Positions 60,437-64,000 of a stretch of 64,000 nt of DNA are shown here, one piece after another. A program made the translations under genes and the position numbers. Source of the DNA: Kiritimatiellales bacterium (lineage in GTDB: Bacteria; Verrucomicrobiota; Kiritimatiellia; Kiritimatiellales; Tichowtungiaceae). Numbering within the stretch: the stretch's first letter is position 1; every line of letters starts with the position of its first letter. The notes under the pieces were generated by a model. The model did no database searches. It had not been told where the DNA came from and worked only from the letters and a program-made list of their open reading frames with translations. The stretch is from contig JBAZTQ010000001.1 in the NCBI GenBank assembly GCA_041661845.1, forward strand, positions 11,361 to 75,360. Reading direction: 5' to 3'.

Positions 60437-62549
60437 TTCCGGTCTTGGTGACAACGGCACCGGATTTTGCTCCGGAAAGATCAACCAGATCGGCAAGAAT
60501 TTTAAGCGTTTCATCGAGGATCGGATCCTCTTTGTTTTTATCGTCCTTCTTGCCTTCCAGTGTTTCGTCCTGAAGTTTTTCCATGTCCTTCTCGGCGACA
60601 ATTTCGCCGACACGGTCGGTAAGCTTCAGCGAAACATCCGGTGTCTCCATCCGTTTACGGATGCGGTCGCGCTGCGCCAGAAAAGATGTAAAGGCCGGAT
60701 TCCCCGCCATGCGCGCTTCCGAATGGGTGCGCAGTTCCGGAATAGCCGGTTTGACCGTTTCAGTCCACGGACGGTAGTAAGCACCGCGGACCTGCGACCA
60801 CGGCAGAGCATTCGGCAGCGATTCCTCGCCGATATCGAGTGCATCATAGAGCGACGGAAGTATTACATCGGGCACGACGCCTTTAAGCTGTGTAGAGCCG
60901 CCGGCGATGCGGTAGAAGCTGGCCGTGGTGACTTTAAGCGAACCGAGGTCGTCGGAGAGTTTAGAGAGCGGATAAACGGTCTGCACGGTGCCTTTGCCGT
61001 GTGTTTTGCTGTCGCCGACAATCACGGCGCGGCCGTAGTCCTGCAAAGCCGCCGCAACAATTTCCGAGGCCGAGGCGCTCAGCCGGTTGACCAGCACAAC
61101 GAGCGGCCCGCTGTAAACTGTATCGGGATCACCGTCGGGCAGAACCGTCACGCCGCGCTGCTCGCGCACCTGCACGACAGGGCCGACGGAGATGAAAAGT
61201 CCGGCGATATCAATCGCTTCGGTGAGCGATCCTCCGCCGTCGTTGCGCAGGTCGAGTACGAGACCGTCAATACGGTTGGTGGCAAATTCATTGAGGATGC
61301 GGCGCACATCAACGGACGAGCGCCGGGCACCGTTATCGCCGTTGCGGGCGGCGGCAAAGTCGGCATAAAACTCGGGCAGGGTGAGTACGCCGAGACGGTA
61401 CGGCACGCCGTTGGTTTCGGTGATTTCGCGCACGGCTCCTTTGGCGGCCTGTGCTTCCAGTTTCACTTCTTCGCGGATGAGATCGACCGTCTTGGTGCGT
61501 GTGCCGGTGGTGTCATCGGCGGGAATGACGGTGAGTACCACTTTGGTTCCTTTTTCGCCGCGAATGAGCCGTACCGCTTTGCTGAGCGGCCAGTAAAGAA
61601 TGCTCACCGGAGCTTTGTCGCTCTGGGCGACCGCGATGATTTTATCGCCGGCTTTAAGCCGTCCGTCCAGTTCGGCCGGCCCGCCTGCAATGAACTGCGA
61701 TATTTTGGCCATGCCGTCTTCGCTGCGAAGCATCGCGCCGATGCCGACGAGCGAGAGGCTCATGTTAATGTCAAAATCCTCGACGCCGCGCGGGGAGAGG
61801 TAGTCGCTGTGCGGATCGTAGCTGTGGGTGAAGGCGCTCAGATAGCGTTCCAGAATCAGTTCGCTGTCGAAATTATTTTCAATCAGCAGCTGATACTGTT
61901 TGTAGCGCTCGCGGACAAATTCGACCGGCGTGAGCGCCTCAAGGCCTTTGGCTTCGGCGACCGTATTCGTTCCCTCGGGTTTCTTGTCGTCTTTACCGGC
62001 TTCAATGGCGGCGACGCGGGCGACATAGTCGTTTTTAACTTTTTTGCGCCAGAGTTCATTCCACTCGGCTTCATCGGCCGGCCACGGAGCGGTGTCGCGT
62101 TTCCAGCGGTAGGCTTCTTCTCCGTTAAGGTCGAATCCTTTGGCGAGCAGCTGATTGACGTACGCTACGCGGTTGGTCACCCGCTCCTTGAAACGGTTCG
62201 CAACAATCTGTGCAAAAGAGGTGTCACCGCCGGTGACCTCATTATCCAGATTGGTGGCCTGTTTCTGAAACTCGGCAATATCAGAGGCAAGGAAGAAGGT
62301 ATGGTCGTAATCGAGCGAATCAATAAAAAGCTTCAGCGCATTCGTGGCGATGGAATCGTTGAACTCGTCGCGGTTCAGGTGGATTCTCGGCAGGCGGTCG
62401 GCCACCCGCGCGGCAATCCGGGCAACCGGCAGCGGATCCTGCGGCGGCGCGTTGGTCGCTGCGACGGTTGCGACAGCGGACGCTTCCGGCTTCCCGCATC
62501 CGGTCAGAATCGCAGTGAGCAGCAACAGGTATAACGGGTATTTACGCAT
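60429..62549 (-). CDS. Carboxy-terminal processing (tail-specific, S41) protease, lipoprotein
   Basis: Lipobox MRKYPLYLLLLTAILTGC. A PDZ region. S41 core LVVLVNRLSASASEIVAAALQDYGRAVIVGDSKTHGKGTVQ. I chose the ATG at 62549; the track ORF extends to 62726. Confidence 0.9.
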   Translation of the reverse strand: MRKYPLYLLLLTAILTGCGKPEASAVATVAATNAPPQDPLPVARIAARVADRLPRIHLNRDEFNDSIATNALKLFIDSLDYDHTFFLASDIAEFQKQATNLDNEVTGGDTSFAQIVANRFKERVTNRVAYVNQLLAKGFDLNGEEAYRWKRDTAPWPADEAEWNELWRKKVKNDYVARVAAIEAGKDDKKPEGTNTVAEAKGLEALTPVEFVRERYKQYQLLIENNFDSELILERYLSAFTHSYDPHSDYLSPRGVEDFDINMSLSLVGIGAMLRSEDGMAKISQFIAGGPAELDGRLKAGDKIIAVAQSDKAPVSILYWPLSKAVRLIRGEKGTKVVLTVIPADDTTGTRTKTVDLIREEVKLEAQAAKGAVREITETNGVPYRLGVLTLPEFYADFAAARNGDNGARRSSVDVRRILNEFATNRIDGLVLDLRNDGGGSLTEAIDIAGLFISVGPVVQVREQRGVTVLPDGDPDTVYSGPLVVLVNRLSASASEIVAAALQDYGRAVIVGDSKTHGKGTVQTVYPLSKLSDDLGSLKVTTASFYRIAGGSTQLKGVVPDVILPSLYDALDIGEESLPNALPWSQVRGAYYRPWTETVKPAIPELRTHSEARMAGNPAFTSFLAQRDRIRKRMETPDVSLKLTDRVGEIVAEKDMEKLQDETLEGKKDDKNKEDPILDETLKILADLVDLSGAKSGAVVTKTGTN

Positions 62550-62678
62550 AACCTGTTCTTTGTACCATAAATACCCGTCAAAACAAGCGTGCGTTGCCGA
62601 CTTTGCCGCATTTTTGGTTTTATCCCGCCGTTGATTGCGGCTACTCTCCGCGCCTGATTTTTTAACCGGAGGAATTAC

Positions 62679-64000
62679 ATGACCCAGCTTAATAGCCGCC
62701 CTGAATGGAAAGCCCTTTCCGAACATTGGAAAAAGACCGGATCAAAACACCTGCGCGAACTGTTCGCCGCTGACCCGCAGCGCGCCGAAACGTTTTCGCT
62801 GACCGCCTGCGACCTGCTCCTTGATTATTCCAAAAACCGTATCACGGACGAAACGATGCAACTGCTGGTCGAACTGGCTGAGTCGGCCGGGCTGCGCGGA
62901 AAAATTGAAGCGATGTTTACCGGCGAAAAGATCAATCGCACCGAAGACCGCGCGGTTCTTCATACGGCTTTGCGCGCTCCGCGCGGCACGAAGGTTCTGA
63001 TGGACGGCGAAGATGTTATGCCCGGCATCCATGAAGTGCTCGACCGCATGGAAGATTTTTCCAACCGTGTCCGCTCCGGCGAATGGAAAGGCTACACCGG
63101 CAAGCCGATAAAGAATATGGTTAACATCGGCATCGGCGGCTCCGACCTCGGTCCCGTCATGGCCTACGAGGCGCTCAAGCCGTATTCTCAGCGCGACCTG
63201 ACCATCCGTTTTGTTTCTAATGTGGACGGTACGCATATTGCCGAAGCCGTGCGCGATTTGAACGCCGACGAAACGCTGTTCATTGTCGCCTCCAAAACGT
63301 TCACCACGCAGGAAACCATGACCAACGCCGAAACGGCACGGACATGGCTGCTGGCCGCACTGAAAGACAAAGCCGCGGTCGCCAGGCATTTCGTGGCGCT
63401 GTCCACCAACGCCGCCGAGGTTTCAAAATTCGGCATTGATACCGCCAATATGTTCGGTTTCTGGGACTGGGTCGGCGGACGCTATTCGCTCTGCTCGGCC
63501 ATCGGTCTGCCGGTGATGCTGGCGGTCGGCCCGGCCAACTTCCGCAAGATGCTCGCGGGCTTCCATGACATGGATTGCCATTTTCGCACCGCGCCGTTTG
63601 AAAAGAACATGCCGGTGGTTCTTGCGCTGCTCGGCATCTGGTACAATAACTTTTTCGACGCCGCGACGCAGGCGATCCTGCCGTACGATCAATATCTCAG
63701 CCGCTTCGCCGCCTACTTCCAGCAGGGCGACATGGAATCGAACGGCAAGTACATCACACAGGACGGCAAGCGTGTTGAGTGGCAGACCGGCCCGGTCATC
63801 TGGGGTGAGCCCGGTACTAACGGTCAGCACGCTTTCTACCAGCTCATCCATCAGGGAACCAAACTGATCCCGTGCGACTTTATCGGTTTCGCTAAATCGC
63901 AGAATCCGCTCGGTGACCACCACGCCAAGCTGATGGCCAACTTTTTCGCGCAGACTCAGGCGCTGGCCTTCGGCAAAACCGCTGAAGAACTGAAAGCCGA
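62679..64000 (+). CDS. pgi: Glucose-6-phosphate isomerase (3' end beyond the window)
   Basis: Absent from the ORF track because there is no stop in the window. Hand translation from the ATG at 62679 (GGAGG SD upstream) gives [41 protein letters not shown]...[20 protein letters not shown]..., a canonical Pgi N-terminus. Confidence 0.9.
   Translation, partial: MTQLNSRPEWKALSEHWKKTGSKHLRELFAADPQRAETFSLTACDLLLDYSKNRITDETMQLLVELAESAGLRGKIEAMFTGEKINRTEDRAVLHTALRAPRGTKVLMDGEDVMPGIHEVLDRMEDFSNRVRSGEWKGYTGKPIKNMVNIGIGGSDLGPVMAYEALKPYSQRDLTIRFVSNVDGTHIAEAVRDLNADETLFIVASKTFTTQETMTNAETARTWLLAALKDKAAVARHFVALSTNAAEVSKFGIDTANMFGFWDWVGGRYSLCSAIGLPVMLAVGPANFRKMLAGFHDMDCHFRTAPFEKNMPVVLALLGIWYNNFFDAATQAILPYDQYLSRFAAYFQQGDMESNGKYITQDGKRVEWQTGPVIWGEPGTNGQHAFYQLIHQGTKLIPCDFIGFAKSQNPLGDHHAKLMANFFAQTQALAFGKTAEELKA

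Noticed and set aside
60291-62534. 747-aa plus-strand ORF.
   Set aside because: It is antisense to the clearly recognisable S41 tail-specific protease. Its translation is low-complexity (G/R/A/V-rich) with no motifs. This is a typical long shadow ORF of GC-rich DNA.
62742-63923. Two minus-strand ORFs of 215 and 166 aa.
   Set aside because: They are antisense to glucose-6-phosphate isomerase. That gene is missing from the ORF track only because it lacks a stop within the window.
1-64000. Search by eye for tRNA (T-loop GGTTCGAATCC-like), rRNA, tmRNA or RNase P, transposase, integrase or phage genes.
   Set aside because: Nothing convincing was found. The only T-loop-like string (ggtcgaatccggt near 14687) lacks an acceptor or anticodon arm context. 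tRNAscan-SE or Infernal would be the proper test.

Overview
This is a 64-kb GC-rich bacterial chromosomal segment, densely coding on both strands with about 50 protein genes. I recognised no rRNA, tRNA, CRISPR array, transposase or integrase by eye. Most genes are housekeeping: infA, nspC, lspA, miaA, hflX, recN, folE, cca, tkt, topB, hslO, rnhA, malQ, pgi, a Prc-type protease, a DD-carboxypeptidase, MscS and an MFS transporter. Five accessory blocks are interleaved with them. (i) The start of a Hyf/Hyc-type (complex-I-related) membrane module with two tandem HyfB/NuoL-like paralogues, preceded by an HTH-EIIA fusion regulator. (ii) A small NRPS locus: Sfp-type PPTase, GT2, a decayed GT4 pseudogene and a divergent 2348-aa bimodular NRPS. 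The synthetase has a formyltransferase-like domain between C and A2, and a Cys instead of Ser in the thioesterase GxSxG motif. This is my top candidate for something undescribed. (iii) An ECF-sigma operon ending in a 1147-aa secreted protein with two tandem PHB-depolymerase-type esterase domains. (iv) A family of GTAG-headed nested palindromic (REP/REPIN-like) repeats in at least six places, one copy lying in frame inside a conserved FAD-dependent oxidoreductase gene. (v) Several AT-richer islets with orphan secreted or membrane proteins, including a protein built from ten exact 17-aa tandem repeats. The DksA-like/lspA pair, a histone-H1-like AKP tail and DxDxDG-type secreted proteins suggest a PVC-group bacterium, but that is inference only. 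All calls come from reading the translations and the DNA; no database search or program was run.
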